This document shows positions 29,295 through 43,481 of a DNA stretch of 64,000 nt, one piece after another; within the stretch, counting starts at the first letter, position 1, and each line of letters starts with the position of its first letter. Source of the stretch: Eledone cirrhosa. Its lineage: Eukaryota. The stretch is taken from contig OZ024742.1 of assembly GCA_964016885.1 (NCBI GenBank), positions 15,190,001-15,254,000 on the forward strand. Direction: 5' to 3'. The notes under the pieces are model-generated. The model was not told where the DNA came from. It worked only from the letters and a program-made list of their open reading frames with translations, and ran no database searches. Made by a program: the position numbers and the translations under genes.

Positions 29295-32200
29295 GTATAC
29301 ATCTCCCTCTCCAAAATTCTTGTTCTGACACAACTGCGACCACTCGTCCTATTTTTTGCTCACCCTTTCGCCTTCTCTGCCTTTGCCACCTTTTTCTTAC
29401 TGCCCTACTGTTATGGGCATTCTAGCCATTTATTCATATACTTTTCTACCCATCACAATGGTCACCTATTCTAGATCCTTCCTTCTGAACCCTTCAAGCT
29501 AAAAACCTTTTTAAATGCCCCCAAATTAACCAAAGCCGAAAATTATAAAAGAAATAATGCTTTTTGTTTTTTTACAAAAATATAAAAACTTGTATAATAA
29601 AACAATAATTAATACTTTGAGCAGTAATAATAATTTCTACTGTTAGAGAATTATTGTTACTATGTATAGTAATAATAATTTCTACTGTTAGAGAATTATT
29701 GTTACTATGTATAGTAATAATAATTTATACTGTTAGAGAATTATTGTTACTATGTATAGTAATAATAATTTCTACTGTTAGAGAATTATTGTTACTATGT
29801 ATAGTAATAATAATTTATACTGTTAGAGAATTATTGTTACTATGTATAGTAATAATAATTTCTACTGTTAGAGAATTATTGTTACTATGTATAGTAATAA
29901 TAATTTCTACTGTTAGAGAATTATTGTTACTATGTATAGTATTAATAATTTCTACTGTTAGAGAATTATTGTTACTATGTATAGTAATAATAATTTCTAC
30001 TGTTACAGAATTATTGTTACTATGTATAGTAATAATAATTTCTACTGTTAGAGAATTATTGTTACTATGTATAGTAATAATAATTTCTACTGTTACAGAA
30101 TTATTGTTACTATGTATAGTAATAATAATTTCTACTGTTACAGAATTATTGTTACTATGTATAGTAATAATAATTTCTACTGTTACAGAATTATTGTTAC
30201 TATGTATAGTAATAATAATTTCTACTGTTAGAGAATTATTGTTACTATGTATAGTAATAATAATTTCTACTGTTACAGAATTATTGTTACTATGTATAGT
30301 AATAATAATTTCTACTGTTACAGAATTATTGTTACTATGTATAGTAATAATAATTTCTACTGTTACAGAATTATTGTTACTATGTATAGTAATAATAATT
30401 TCTACTGTTAGAGAATTATTGTTACTATGTATAGTAATAATAATTTGTTATAAGAGAATTATTGTTACTATGTATAGTAATAATAATTTGTTATAAGAGA
30501 ATTATTGTTACTATGTATAGTAATAATAATTTCTACTGTTAGAGAATTATTGTTACTATGTATAGTAATAATAATTTGTTATAAGAGAATTATTGTTACT
30601 ATGTATAGTAATAATAATTTGTTATAAGAGAATTATTGTTACTATGTATAGTAATAATAATTTCTACTGTTAGAGAATTATTGTTACTATGTATAGTAAT
30701 AATAATTTGTCATAAGAGAATTATTGTTACTATGTATAGTAATAATAATTTGTCATAAGAGAATTATTGTTACTATGTATAGTAATAATAATTTGTCATA
30801 AGAGAATTATTGTTACTATGTATAGTAATAATAATTTGTCATAAGAGAATTATTGTTACTATGTATAGTAATAATAATTTGTCATAAGAGAATTATTGTT
30901 ACTATGTATAGTAATAATAATTTGTCATAAGAGAATTATTGTTACTATGTATAGTAATAATAATTTGTCATAAGAGAATTATTGTTACTATGTATAGTAA
31001 TAATAATTTGTCATAAGAGAATTATTGTTACTATGTATAGTAATAGTAATTTGTCATAAGAGAATTATTGTTACTATGTATAGTAATAATAATTTCCACT
31101 GTTAGAGAATTATTGTTACTATGTATAGTAATAATAATTTGTCATAAGAGAATTATTGTTACTATGTATAGTAATAATATTTTCTACTGTTAGAGAATTA
31201 TTGTTACTATGTATAGTAATAATAATTTGTCATAAGAGAATTATTGTTACTATGTATAGTAATAATAATTTGTCATGAGAGAATTATTGTTACTATGTAT
31301 AGTAATAATAATTTCTACTGTTAGAGAATTATTGTTACTATGTATAGTAATAATAATTTGTCATAAGAGAATTATTGTTACTATGTATAGTAATAATAAT
31401 TTGTCATGAGAGAATTATTGTTACTATGTATAGTAATAATAATTTGTTATAAGAGAATTATTGTTACTATGTATAGTAATAATAATTTCTATTGTTAGAG
31501 AATTATTGTTACTATGTATAGTAATAATAATTTGTCAGAAGAGAATTATTGTTACTATGTATAGTAATAATAATTTGTCATGAGAGAATTATTGTTACTA
31601 TGTATAGTAATAATAATTTCTACTGTTAGAGAATTATTGTTACTTTGTATAGTAATAATAATTTCTACTGTTAGAGAATTATTGTTACTATGTATAGTAA
31701 TAATAATTTCTACTGTTAGAGAATTATTGTTACTATGTATAGTAATAATAATTTCTACTGTTAGAGAATTATTGTTACTATGTATAGTAATAATAATTTG
31801 TCATAAGAGAATTATTGTTATTATGTATAGTAATAATAATTTCTACTGTTAGAGAATTATTGTTACTATGTATAGTAATAATAATTTGTCATGAGAGAAT
31901 TATTGTTACTATGTATAGTAATAATAATTTGTCATAAGAGAATTATTGTTACTATGTATAGTAATAATAATTTGTCATAAGAGAATTATTGTTACTATGT
32001 ATAGTAATAATTATTTGTCATAAGAGAATTATTGTTACTATGTATAGTAATAATAATTTCCACTGTTAGAGAATTATTGTTACTATGTATTGTAGTAATA
32101 ATTTGTCATAAGAGAATTATTGTTACTATGTATAGTAATAATAATTTGTCATAAGAGAATTATTGTTACTAAGTATAGTAATAATAATTTGTCATAAGAG

Positions 32201-35200
32201 AATTATTGTTACTATGTATAGTAATAATAATTTGTCATAAGAGAATTATTGTTACTATGTATAGTAATAATAATTTGTCATAAGAGAATTATTGTTACTA
32301 TGTATAGTAATAATAATTTGTCATAAGAGAATTATTGTTACTATGTATAGTAATAATAATTTGTCATAAGAGAATTATTGTTACTATGTATAGTAATAAT
32401 AATTTGTCATAAGAGAATTATTGTTACTATGTATAGTAATAATAATTTGTCATAAGAGAATTATTGTTACTATGTATAGTAATAATAATTTCCACTGTTA
32501 GAGAATTATTGTTACTATGTATAGTAGTAATAATTTGTCATAAGAGAATTATTGTTACTATGTATAGTAATAATAATTTGTCATAAGAGAATTATTGTTA
32601 CTAAGTATAGTAATAATAATTTGTCATAAGAGAATTATTGTTACTATGTATAGTAATAATAATTTGTCATAAGAGAATTATTGTTACTATGTATAGTAAT
32701 AATAATTTGTCATAAGAGAATTATTGTTACTATGTATAGTAATAATAATTTGTCATAAGAGAATTATTGTTACTATGTATAGTAATAATAATTTGTCATA
32801 AGAGAATTATTGTTACTATGTATAGTAATAATAATTTGTCATAAGAGAATTATTGTTACTATGTATAGTAATAATAATTTGTCATAAGAGAATTATTGTT
32901 ACTATGTATAGTAATAATAATTTGTCATAAGAGAATTATTGTTACTATGTATAGTAATAATAATTTGTCATAAGAGAATTATTGTTACTATGTATAGTAA
33001 TAATAATTTGTCATAAGAGAATTATTGTTACTATGTATAGTAATAATAATTTGTCATAAGAGAATTATTGTTACTATGTATAGTAATAGTAATTTGTCAT
33101 AAGAGAATTATTGTTACTATGTATAGTAATAATAATTTCCACTGTTAGAGAATTATTGTTACTATGTATAGTAATAATAATTTGTCATAAGAGAATTATT
33201 GTTACTATGTATAGTAATAATATTTTCTACTGTTAGAGAATTATTGTTACTATGTATAGTAATAATAATTTGTCATAAGAGAATTATTGTTACTATGTAT
33301 AGTAATAATAATTTGTCATGAGAGAATTATTGTTACTATGTATAGTAATAATAATTTCTACTGTTAGAGAATTATTGTTACTATGTATAGTAATAATAAT
33401 TTGTCATAAGAGAATTATTGTTACTATGTATAGTAATAATAATTTGTCATGAGAGAATTATTGTTACTATGTATAGTAATAATAATTTGTTATAAGAGAA
33501 TTATTGTTACTATGTATAGTAATAATAATTTCTATTGTTAGAGAATTATTGTTACTATGTATAGTAATAATAATTTGTCAGAAGAGAATTATTGTTACTA
33601 TGTATAGTAATAATAATTTGTCATGAGAGAATTATTGTTACTATGTATAGTAATAATAATTTCTACTGTTAGAGAATTATTGTTACTTTGTATAGTAATA
33701 ATAATTTCTACTGTTAGAGAATTATTGTTACTATGTATAGTAATAATAATTTCTACTGTTAGAGAATTATTGTTACTATGTATAGTAATAATAATTTCTA
33801 CTGTTAGAGAATTATTGTTACTATGTATAGTAATAATAATTTGTCATAAGAGAATTATTGTTATTATGTATAGTAATAATAATTTCTACTGTTAGAGAAT
33901 TATTGTTACTATGTATAGTAATAATAATTTGTCATGAGAGAATTATTGTTACTATGTATAGTAATAATAATTTGTCATAAGAGAATTATTGTTACTATGT
34001 ATAGTAATAATTATTTGTCATAAGAGAATTATTGTTACTATGTATAGTAATAATAATTTCCACTGTTAGAGAATTATTGTTACTATGTATAGTAGTAATA
34101 ATTTGTCATAAGAGAATTATTGTTACTATGTATAGTAATAATAATTTGTCATAAGAGAATTATTGTTACTAAGTATAGTAATAATAATTTGTCATAAGAG
34201 AATTATTGTTACTATGTATAGTAATAATAATTTGTCATAAGAGAATTATTGTTACTATGTATAGTAATAATAATTTGTCATAAGAGAATTATTGTTACTA
34301 TGTATAGTAATAATAATTTGTCATAAGAGAATTATTGTTACTATGTATAGTAATAATAATTTGTCATAAGAGAATTATTGTTACTATGTATAGTAATAAT
34401 AATTTGTCATAAGAGAATTATTGTTACTATGTATAGTAATAATAATTTGTCATAAGAGAATTATTGTTACTATGTATAGTAATAATAATTTGTCATAAGA
34501 GAATTATTGTTACTATGTATAGTAATAATAATTTGTCATAAGAGAATTATTGTTACTATGTATAGTAATAATAATTTGTCATAAGAGAATTATTGTTACT
34601 ATGTATAGTAATAATAATTTGTCATAAGAGAATTATTGTTACTATGTATAGTAATAATAATTTGTCATAAGAGAATTATTGTTACTATGTATAGTAATAG
34701 TAATTTGTCATAAGAGAATTATTGTTACTATGTATAGTAATAATAATTTCCACTGTTAGAGAATTATTGTTACTATGTAAAGTAATAATAATTTGTCATA
34801 AGAGAATTATTGTTACTATGTATAGTAATAATATTTTCTACTGTTAGAGAATTATTGTTACTATGTATAGTAATAATAATTTGTCATGAGAGAATTATTG
34901 TTACTATGTATAGTAATAATAATTTCTATTGTTAGAGAATTATTGTTACTATGTATAGTAATAATAATTTGTCAGAAGAGAATTATTGTTACTATGTATA
35001 GTAATAATAATTTGTCATGAGAGAATTATTGTTACTATGTATAGTAATAATAATTTCTACTGTTAGAGAATTATTGTTACTTTGTATAGTAATAATAATT
35101 TCTACTGTTAGAGAATTATTGTTACTATGTATAGTAATAATAATTTCTACTGTTAGAGAATTATTGTTACTATGTATAGTAATAATAATTTCTACTGTTA

Positions 35201-35406
35201 GAGAATTATTGTTACTATGTATAGTAATAATAATTTGTCATAAGAGAATTATTGTTATTATGTATAGTAATAATAATTTCTACTGTTAGAGAATTATTGT
35301 TACTATGTATAGTAATAATAATTTGTCATAAGAGAATTATTGTTAGTATGTATAGTAATAATAATTTCTACTGTTAGAGAATTATTGTTAGTATGTGTCT
35401 GCACAC

Positions 35407-36185
35407 GAGACCTGGGCATTGTGTGCAGAGGATATACGCAGACTAGAGAGGAACGAAGCTTGCATGCTCCGCTGGATGTGTAACAGTAATATACGTGAAC
35501 GGCAAAGCATAAACGAACTAAGGAAAAAATTAGAGATAAGAGGGATCAGATGTTGTTTACTCGAGTGAAGGCTACGTTGGTATGGACACGTGATGCGCAT
35601 GAAAGTCGATAGCTGTATAACAAAGTGCAGGGCAATAAAGATAGACGGTAGTCACGGAATAGGCAGACCTAGAAAAACCTGGGACGAGCTGATAAACTCC
35701 GACATCACACACTTACACCTCTCCAAGACAATGTCACTGGACCGAGACCTTTGGCGGTACTCAGTAACAGAGAAGACCCGCCTTACCTAAATATATAGTA
35801 AAACCTACTCCAGCCAGTAGGCATCTCTAACAAAATACACCCCCCTCCCCCCACCCCCACCCCATCCACACCACCCCGTTCTATGTAAAGTTTTGTTGGT
35901 GCCGCGCCATCCAGGCCGAAACAAATGAGATCGTATAGGTGTCACGACAAAAAAACACACAGTCCACGCTGTAATGTGGCCGTGTAGGCAACACGGTAAA
36001 AACCTCCCAGACCCACACTGTAAATGTGGTTGGTGTTAGGAAGGGCATCCAACTGTAGAAAACCTGCCAGACAGTCCTATGCGAGCAAGACAATCACTCT
36101 TGCCTCAAATTGGACTACCCCCGTCCAAACCCATGCAAGCGTGGAACGCGGACGTTAAACGTTGATGATGATGATGATGATGATG
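35407..36185 (+). mobile_element. 5'-truncated RTE-A copy
   Basis: Nearly identical to 21217-21985; has an in-frame stop (GAG TGA); (GAT)n tail. Confidence 0.95.
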
Positions 36186-36359
36186 TATAGTAATAATAAT
36201 TTCTATTGTTAGAGAATTATTGTTACTCTGTATAGTAATAATAATTTCTACTGTTAGAGAATTATTGTTACTATGTATAGTAATAATAATTTCTACTGTT
36301 AGAGAATTATTGTTACTATGTATAGTAATAATAATTTGTCATAAGAGAATTATTATTAT

Positions 36360-36464
36360 TATGCGAGCAAGACAATCACTCTTGCCTCAAGTGGGACTAC
36401 CCCCGTCCAAACCCATGCAAGCGTGGAACACGGACGTTAAACGCTGATGATGATGATGATGATG
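36360..36464 (+). mobile_element. Very short RTE-A 3' end
   Basis: Matches 21886-21985 with its own substitution (AAACGCTGATG). Confidence 0.9.
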
Positions 36465-37749
36465 TATAGTAATAATAATTTCTACTGTTATAGAATTATT
36501 GTTACTATGTATAGTAATAGTAATTTGTCATAAGAGAATTATTGTTAGTACGTATAGTAATAATAATTTCTACTGTTAGAGAATTATTGTTAGTATGTAT
36601 AGTAATAATAATTTCTATTGTTAGAGAATTATTGTTACTATGTATAGTAATAATAATTTCTACTGTTAGAGAATTATTGTTAGTATGGATAGTAATAATA
36701 ATTTCTACTGTTAGAGAATTATTGTTACTATGTATAGTAATAATAATTTGTCATAAGAGAATTATTGTTATTATGTATAGTAATAATAATTTCTACTGTT
36801 AGAGAATTATTGTTACTATGTATAGTAATAATAATTTGTCATAGGAGAATTATTGTTACTATGTATAGTAATAATAATTTCTACTGTTAGAGAATTATTG
36901 TTACTATGTATAGTAATAATAATTTGTCATAAGAGAATTATTGTTATTATGTATAGTAATAATAATTTCTACTGTTAGAGAATTATTGTTACTATGTTTA
37001 GTAATAATAATTTGTCATAAGAGAATTATTGTTACTATGTATAGTAATAATAATTTCTACTGTTAGAGAATTATTGTTAGTATGTATAGTAATAATAATT
37101 TCTATTGTTAGAGAATTATTGTTACTATGTATAGTAATAATAATTTGTCATAATAGAATTATTGTTAGTATGTATAGTAATAATAATTTCTACTGTTAGG
37201 GAATTATTGTTACTATGTATAGTAATAATAATTTCTATTGTTAGAGAATTATTGTTACTATGTATAGTAATAAGAAATTGTCATAAGAGAATTATTGTTA
37301 CTATGTATAGTAATAATAATTTGTCATAGGAGAATTATTGTTACTATGTATAGTAATAATTATTTGTCATAAGAGAATTATTGTTACTATGTATAGTAAT
37401 AATAATTTGTCATAAGAGAATTATTGTTACTATGTATAGTAATAATAATTTGTCATAGGAGAATTATTGTTACTATGTATAGTAATAATAATTTCTACTG
37501 TTAGAGAATTATTGTTACTATGTATAGTAATAAGAAATTGTCATAAGAGAATTATTGTTACTATGTATAGTAATAATAATTTGTCATAGGAGAATTATTG
37601 TTACTATGTATAGTAATAATAATTTGTCATAAGAGAATTATTGTTACTATGTATAGTAATAATAATTTGTCATAAGAGAATTATTGTTACTATATATAGT
37701 AATAATAATTTGTCATAGGAGAATTATTGTTACTATGTATAGTAATAAT

Positions 37750-37850
37750 TGTTTCTACTTTAGGCACAAGGCCAGCAATTAACCAGTGCATTACTGGTAC
37801 TTTATTTTATCGACCCCGTAAGGATGAAAGGCAAAGTCAACCTCGGCGGA
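37750..37850 (-). mobile_element. 5'-truncated Meta-core-type SINE
   Basis: Reverse complement of the 3' part of 44956-45150. Confidence 0.85.
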
Positions 37851-39803
37851 TAATAATTTGTCATAAGAGAATTATTGTTACTATATATAGTAATAATAAT
37901 TTGTCATAGGAGAATTATTGTTACTATGTATAGTAATAATAATTTGTCATAGGAGAATTATTGTTACTATGTATAGTAATAATAATTTGTCATAGGAGAA
38001 TTATTGTTACTATGTATAGTAATAATAATTTGTCATAAGAGAATTATTGTTACTATGTATAGTAATAATAATTTGTCATAGGAGAATTATTGTTACTATG
38101 TATAGTAATAATAATTTGTCATAAGAGAATTATTGTTACTATGTATAGTAATAATAATTTGTCATAGGAGAATTATTGTTACCATGTATAGTAATAATAA
38201 TTTGTCATAAGAGAATTATTGTTACTATGTATAGTAATAATAATTTGTCATAGGAGAATTATTGTTACTATGTATAGTAATAATAATTTGTCATAGGAGA
38301 ATTATTGTTACTATGTATAGTAATAATAATTTGTCATAAGAGAATTATTGTTACTATGTATAGTAATAATAATTTCTACTGTTAGAGAATTATTGTTACT
38401 ATGTATAGTAATAATAATTTGTCATAGGAGAATTATTGTTACTATGTATAGTAATAATAATTTGTCATAAGAGAATTATTGTTACTATGTATAGTAATAA
38501 TAATTTGTCATAAGAGAATTATTGTTACTATGTATAGTAATAATAATTTGTCATAAGAGAATTATTGTTACTATGTATAGTAATAGTAATTTGTCATAAG
38601 AGAATTATTGTTACTATGTATAGTAATAATAATTTGTCGTAAGAGAATTATTGTTACTATGTATAGTAATAATAATTTGTCATAAGAGAATTATTGTTAC
38701 TATGTATAGAATAATAATTTGTCGTAAGAGAATTATTGTTACTATGTATAGTAATAGTAATTTGTCATAAGAGAATTATTGTTACTATGTATAGAATAAT
38801 AATTTGTCATAAGAGAATTATTGTTACTATGTATAGTAATAATAATTTGTCGTAAGAGAATTATTGTTACTATGTATAGTAATAGTAATTTGTCATAAGA
38901 GAATTATTGTTACTATGTATAGAATAATAATTTGTCATAAGAGAATTATTGTTACTATGTATAGTAATAATAATTTGTCGTAAGAGAATTATTGTTACTA
39001 TGTATAGTAATAATAATTTGTCATAAGAGAATTATTGTTACTATGTATAGTAATAATAATTTGTCATAAGAGAATTATTGTTACTATGTATAGTAATAGT
39101 AATTTGTCATAAGAGAATTATTGTTACTATGTATAGTAATAATAATTTGTCGTAAGAGAATTATTGTTACTATGTATAGTAATAATAATTTGTCATAAGA
39201 GAATTATTGTTACTATGTATAGAATAATAATTTGTCGTAAGAGAATTATTGTTACTATGTATAGTAATAGTAATTTGTCATAAGAGAATTATTGTTACTA
39301 TGTATAGAATAATAATTTGTCATAAGAGAATTATTGTTACTATGTATAGTAATAATAATTTGTCGTAAGAGAATTATTGTTACTATGTATAGTAATAGTA
39401 ATTTGTCATAAGAGAATTATTGTTACTATGTATAGAATAATAATTTGTCATAAGAGAATTATTGTTACTATGTATAGTAATAATAATTTGTCGTAAGAGA
39501 ATTATTGTTACTATGTATAGTAATAATAATTTGTCATAAGAGAATTATTGTTACTATGTATAGTAATAATAATTTGTCATAGGAGAATTATTGTTACTAT
39601 GTATAGTAATATGTCATAAGAGAATTATTGTTACTATGTATAGTAATAGTAATTTGTCATAAGAGAATTATTGTTACTATGTATAGTAATAATAATTTCC
39701 ACTGTTAGAGAATTATTGTTACTATGTATAGTAATAATAATTTGTCATAAGAGAATTATTGTTACTATGTATAGTAATAATAATTTGTCATAAGAGAATT
39801 ATT

Positions 39804-41885
39804 ATAAATAAAATAAATAATAAATAATGAAATTATTGTGTACACTGCTCAGGTGCACTACAACTCATCAAAGGTGCATGTATAGTACATAGAATAATGT
39901 ACAAATGTCAGGAAAATGAACAGTGTATGAGTCATGATATAATAACAATAACAATAATGAAATATTGTGTACAGTGCCCAGGTGCACCACAACTCATCAA
40001 AAAAGTGTATGTACAGTACATAGGGCAATGCACAAACATCAGTAAAATGAACAGTGCACGAGTCATGATACACACATGTGTGCATGTGTATGGAAGGGGT
40101 ACATCAGGTTTAGTTTTGGCGTATTTCGGGAAGCATGAGTGTCTTAAAGGATGCAGTGTCTCGGCAGCTAACAATTGACGCAGGCAGTTTGTTCCATGCT
40201 TCAGCAACTCTGAGCGTGAAAAAATGTCTGCGAAAGTCATGGGAGCTGTGCTGTTTTCTTATCTTGTAGGCATGTCCACGTGTGTTAGACACATGGAGAT
40301 CAAAGAGGCGCTCAGGGTTGCAGTTGGCGAGATGGTTAAAAACTTTGTGGGTATTCACCAAGTCCATTGCCAGACGTCGGAGCTTCAATGAATCCATGCC
40401 CAGGGAAGCAAGGTGTTCAGAGTATGGTAGGTGTCTGATGGAGGGTATGCGCTTGGTTGCACGTCTCTGAACAGTTTCCAGGAGGTCAATGTTCCGAGCA
40501 AGATAGGGGTTCCAGACTGATGATGCGAATTCCAAGTGTGGTCGCACCATAGCTGTATACAGTTTTAAATAGATGGCTGGAGAGCGGCTAACAAAGGTCT
40601 TGCTGAGTGATGCCAAGACACCCTCGGCCTTCTTGACAATCTTAGAGACATGCTTTGTCCAACGCAAATCGTTGCTGACAGTAATGCCCAGGTCACGTTC
40701 ACAAGAGGACTTTTTGATGTCAGTGTTGTGGAGGGAGTATGTGGACGCTGGATTTTTCCTTCCAAAATGCATGGTGGTACACTTGTCCACAGCCAGCTTC
40801 AGTTGCCAGTCTGTGATCCATTGCTGCATTGTGTCCAGGTCTGATTGTAGGAAAGAGTTGTAAATTTCAGGATCAGTCCTTTTGATTTCAAGGTACAGCT
40901 TGATGTCATCTGCATATTTTAGTACCGTGGCATTCTGTAAGTTTGCATCTATGTCATTAATATATGCCACAAACAAAAGAGGACCAAGAACAGATCCCTG
41001 TGGTACACCAGATGACATCTCATATGGTGAAGAATGCTGTCCTAGAACCGTGACTACTTCCTTTCGGCTGAGAATGAAGGATTTCAGCCAGTCGAAAAGA
41101 TCATCCCTCACACCCATTGCAGAGAGTTTTGCCATAAGTCTTTTGTGTGGCACAGAATTAAAAGCCTTAGCAAAGTCAAGGTAAACAACATCCACCCATG
41201 AGCCGCTGTCAGTGATCCGGGTGATGTCCTCAAGGAACTCGATAAGCTGATCACAGCAGCTGGAGTTAGGGATAAATCCTCCAAACTGTGAGGGCCGGAT
41301 GAGGCTGTGAGAGCTCCAGAAGTTCCAAAGTGTTTCTCTGACACAGGATTCCATCAGTTTGGCCATACAGCTAGTAAGACTGACTGGACGATAGTTGACA
41401 GGTGACATGCGGTTGCCCTTTTTGAACAGGGGAATGACACTGGCAGTTTTCCACTGCTCCGGAGTAGCACCATTGCTGAGACAGTATTGAAAGAAAAAAG
41501 AAAGCTGGCGTAAAAGGAAATCCCCGCCACGTTTGAGAAGCAGGTATGTCACACCATCAAGACCAGGGGAGGCATAGTTGCGCTTATTCTTAAGGTGACG
41601 TCGCAACATTGCAGGTGTAAATTCCCTAGTTGTTATGGAATTTGATGTTAGAGATGGTGGAGATGGTACATTCTGGTTTTCAACAGTAAAAATACTTGCA
41701 TAGCACTCAGCAATGAGTTCTGCGCATTCCTTGGGATCGTCAGTGATCTGGCTTGTGTGGGGATTGCGAAGAGGACCAACTGGAGAGTGAGGTCTCTGCT
41801 TTGAATGAACATATTTCCAGAACACCTTACTGTCAGGATTGGTTGCGATGCACTGTTCAAATTCAAGCACTGCCTTCTTTGTTAC
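39804..41885 (-). mobile_element. 5'-truncated CR1-group LINE inserted in satellite B
   Basis: Long RT ORF with CR1-like C-terminus (VRPHLEFASSVWNP, TRGH..K, FF..RV..WN.LP); AT-rich tail at 39804-39830. Confidence 0.92.
40110..41870 (-). CDS. CR1-type reverse transcriptase, open for 586 codons, no endonuclease domain
   Basis: NYRPVSLTS, YLDFAKAFNSVPH, SGVPQGSVLGPLLF, YADDIK, ERDLG. Confidence 0.9.
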   Translation of the reverse strand: MLEFEQCIATNPDSKVFWKYVHSKQRPHSPVGPLRNPHTSQITDDPKECAELIAECYASIFTVENQNVPSPPSLTSNSITTREFTPAMLRRHLKNKRNYASPGLDGVTYLLLKRGGDFLLRQLSFFFQYCLSNGATPEQWKTASVIPLFKKGNRMSPVNYRPVSLTSCMAKLMESCVRETLWNFWSSHSLIRPSQFGGFIPNSSCCDQLIEFLEDITRITDSGSWVDVVYLDFAKAFNSVPHKRLMAKLSAMGVRDDLFDWLKSFILSRKEVVTVLGQHSSPYEMSSGVPQGSVLGPLLFVAYINDIDANLQNATVLKYADDIKLYLEIKRTDPEIYNSFLQSDLDTMQQWITDWQLKLAVDKCTTMHFGRKNPASTYSLHNTDIKKSSCERDLGITVSNDLRWTKHVSKIVKKAEGVLASLSKTFVSRSPAIYLKLYTAMVRPHLEFASSVWNPYLARNIDLLETVQRRATKRIPSIRHLPYSEHLASLGMDSLKLRRLAMDLVNTHKVFNHLANCNPERLFDLHVSNTRGHAYKIRKQHSSHDFRRHFFTLRVAEAWNKLPASIVSCRDTASFKTLMLPEIRQN

Positions 41886-43305
41886 TTGCTTATTGTTACT
41901 TATTGTTTGTCACTTATTGTTACTATGTATAGTAATTATTTGTCATAAGAGAATTATTGTTACTATGTATAGTAGTAATAATTTGTCATAGGAGAATTAT
42001 TGTTACTATGTATAGTAATAATAATTTGTCATAAGAGAATTATTGATACTATGTATAGTAATAATTTCTACTGTTAGAGAATTATTGTTACTATGTATAG
42101 TAATAGTAATTTGTCATAAGAGAATTATTGTTACTATATATAGGAGTAATAATTTGTCATAGGAGAATTATTGTTACTATGTATAGTAATAATAATTTGT
42201 CATAAGAGAATTATTGTTACTATGTATAGTAATAATAATTTCTACTGTTAGAGAATTATTGTTACTATGTATAGTAATAATAATTTGTCATAAGAGAATT
42301 ATTGTTACTATGTATAGTAATAATAATTTGTCATAGGAGAATTATTGTTACTATGTATAGTAGTAATAATTTGTCATAAGAGAATTATTGTTACTATGTA
42401 TAGTAGTAATAATTTGTCATAAGAGAATTATTGTTACTATGTATAGTAGTAATAATTTGTCATAAGAGAATTATTGTTACTATGTATAGTAATAATTTGT
42501 CATAAGAGAATTATTGTTACTATATATAGGAGTAATAATTTGTCATAGGAGAATTATTGTTACTATGTATAGTAATAATAATTTGTCATAAGAGAATTAT
42601 TGTTACTATGTATAGTAATAATAATTTCTACTGTTAGAGAATTATTGTTACTATGTATAGTAATAATAATTTGTCATAAGAGAATTATTGTTACTATGTA
42701 TAGTAATAATAATTTGTCATAGGAGAATTATTGTTACTATGTATAGTAATAATAATTTGTCATAAGAAAATTATTGTTACTATCTATAGTAATAATAATT
42801 TGTCATAAGAGAATTATTGTTACTATGTATAGTAATAATTTGTCATAAGAGAATTATTGTTACTATGTATAGTAATAATAATTTCTACTGTTAGAGAATT
42901 ATTGTTACTATGTATAGTAATAATAATTTGTCATAAGAGAATTATTGTTACTATGTATAGTAATAATAATTTGCCATAAGAGAATTATTGTTACTATGTA
43001 TAGTAATAATAATTTGTCATAAGAGAATTATTGTTACTATGTATAGTAGTAATAATTTGTCATAAGAAAATTATTGTTACTATGTATAGTAATAATAATT
43101 TGTCATAAGAGAATTATTGTTACTATGTATAGTAATAATTTGTCATAAGAGAATTATTGTTACTATTTATAGTAATAATTTGTCATAAGAGAATTATTGT
43201 TACTATGTATAGTAATAGTAATTTGTCATAAGAGAATTATTGTTACTATGTATAGTAATAGTAATTTGTCATAAGAGAATTATTGTTACTATGTATAGTA
43301 ATAAT

Positions 43306-43481
43306 TGTTTCTACTTTAGGCACAAGGCCAGCAAATAACCAGTTCATTACTGGTACTTTATTTTATCGACCCCGTAAGGATGAAAGGCAAAGTCAACCTC
43401 GGCGGGATTTGAACTCAGATCGTAAAGGGGCGTAACTATGCTGGAAAGCATGGCGTCCAACCCTCTACCGATACTGCCAAC
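43306..43481 (-). mobile_element. Near full-length Meta-core-type tRNA SINE
   Basis: B box GAGTTCAAATC and core TTTGCCTTTCATCCTTACGGGGTCGATAAA on minus; ATAGTAATAAT on both flanks (possible TSD). Confidence 0.85.

Noticed and set aside
29654-36802. Hydrophobic repeat ORFs (LLLLCIVIIISTVRE)n
   Set aside because: Stop-free frame of the 45 bp satellite monomer; breaks wherever a 43-mer occurs.
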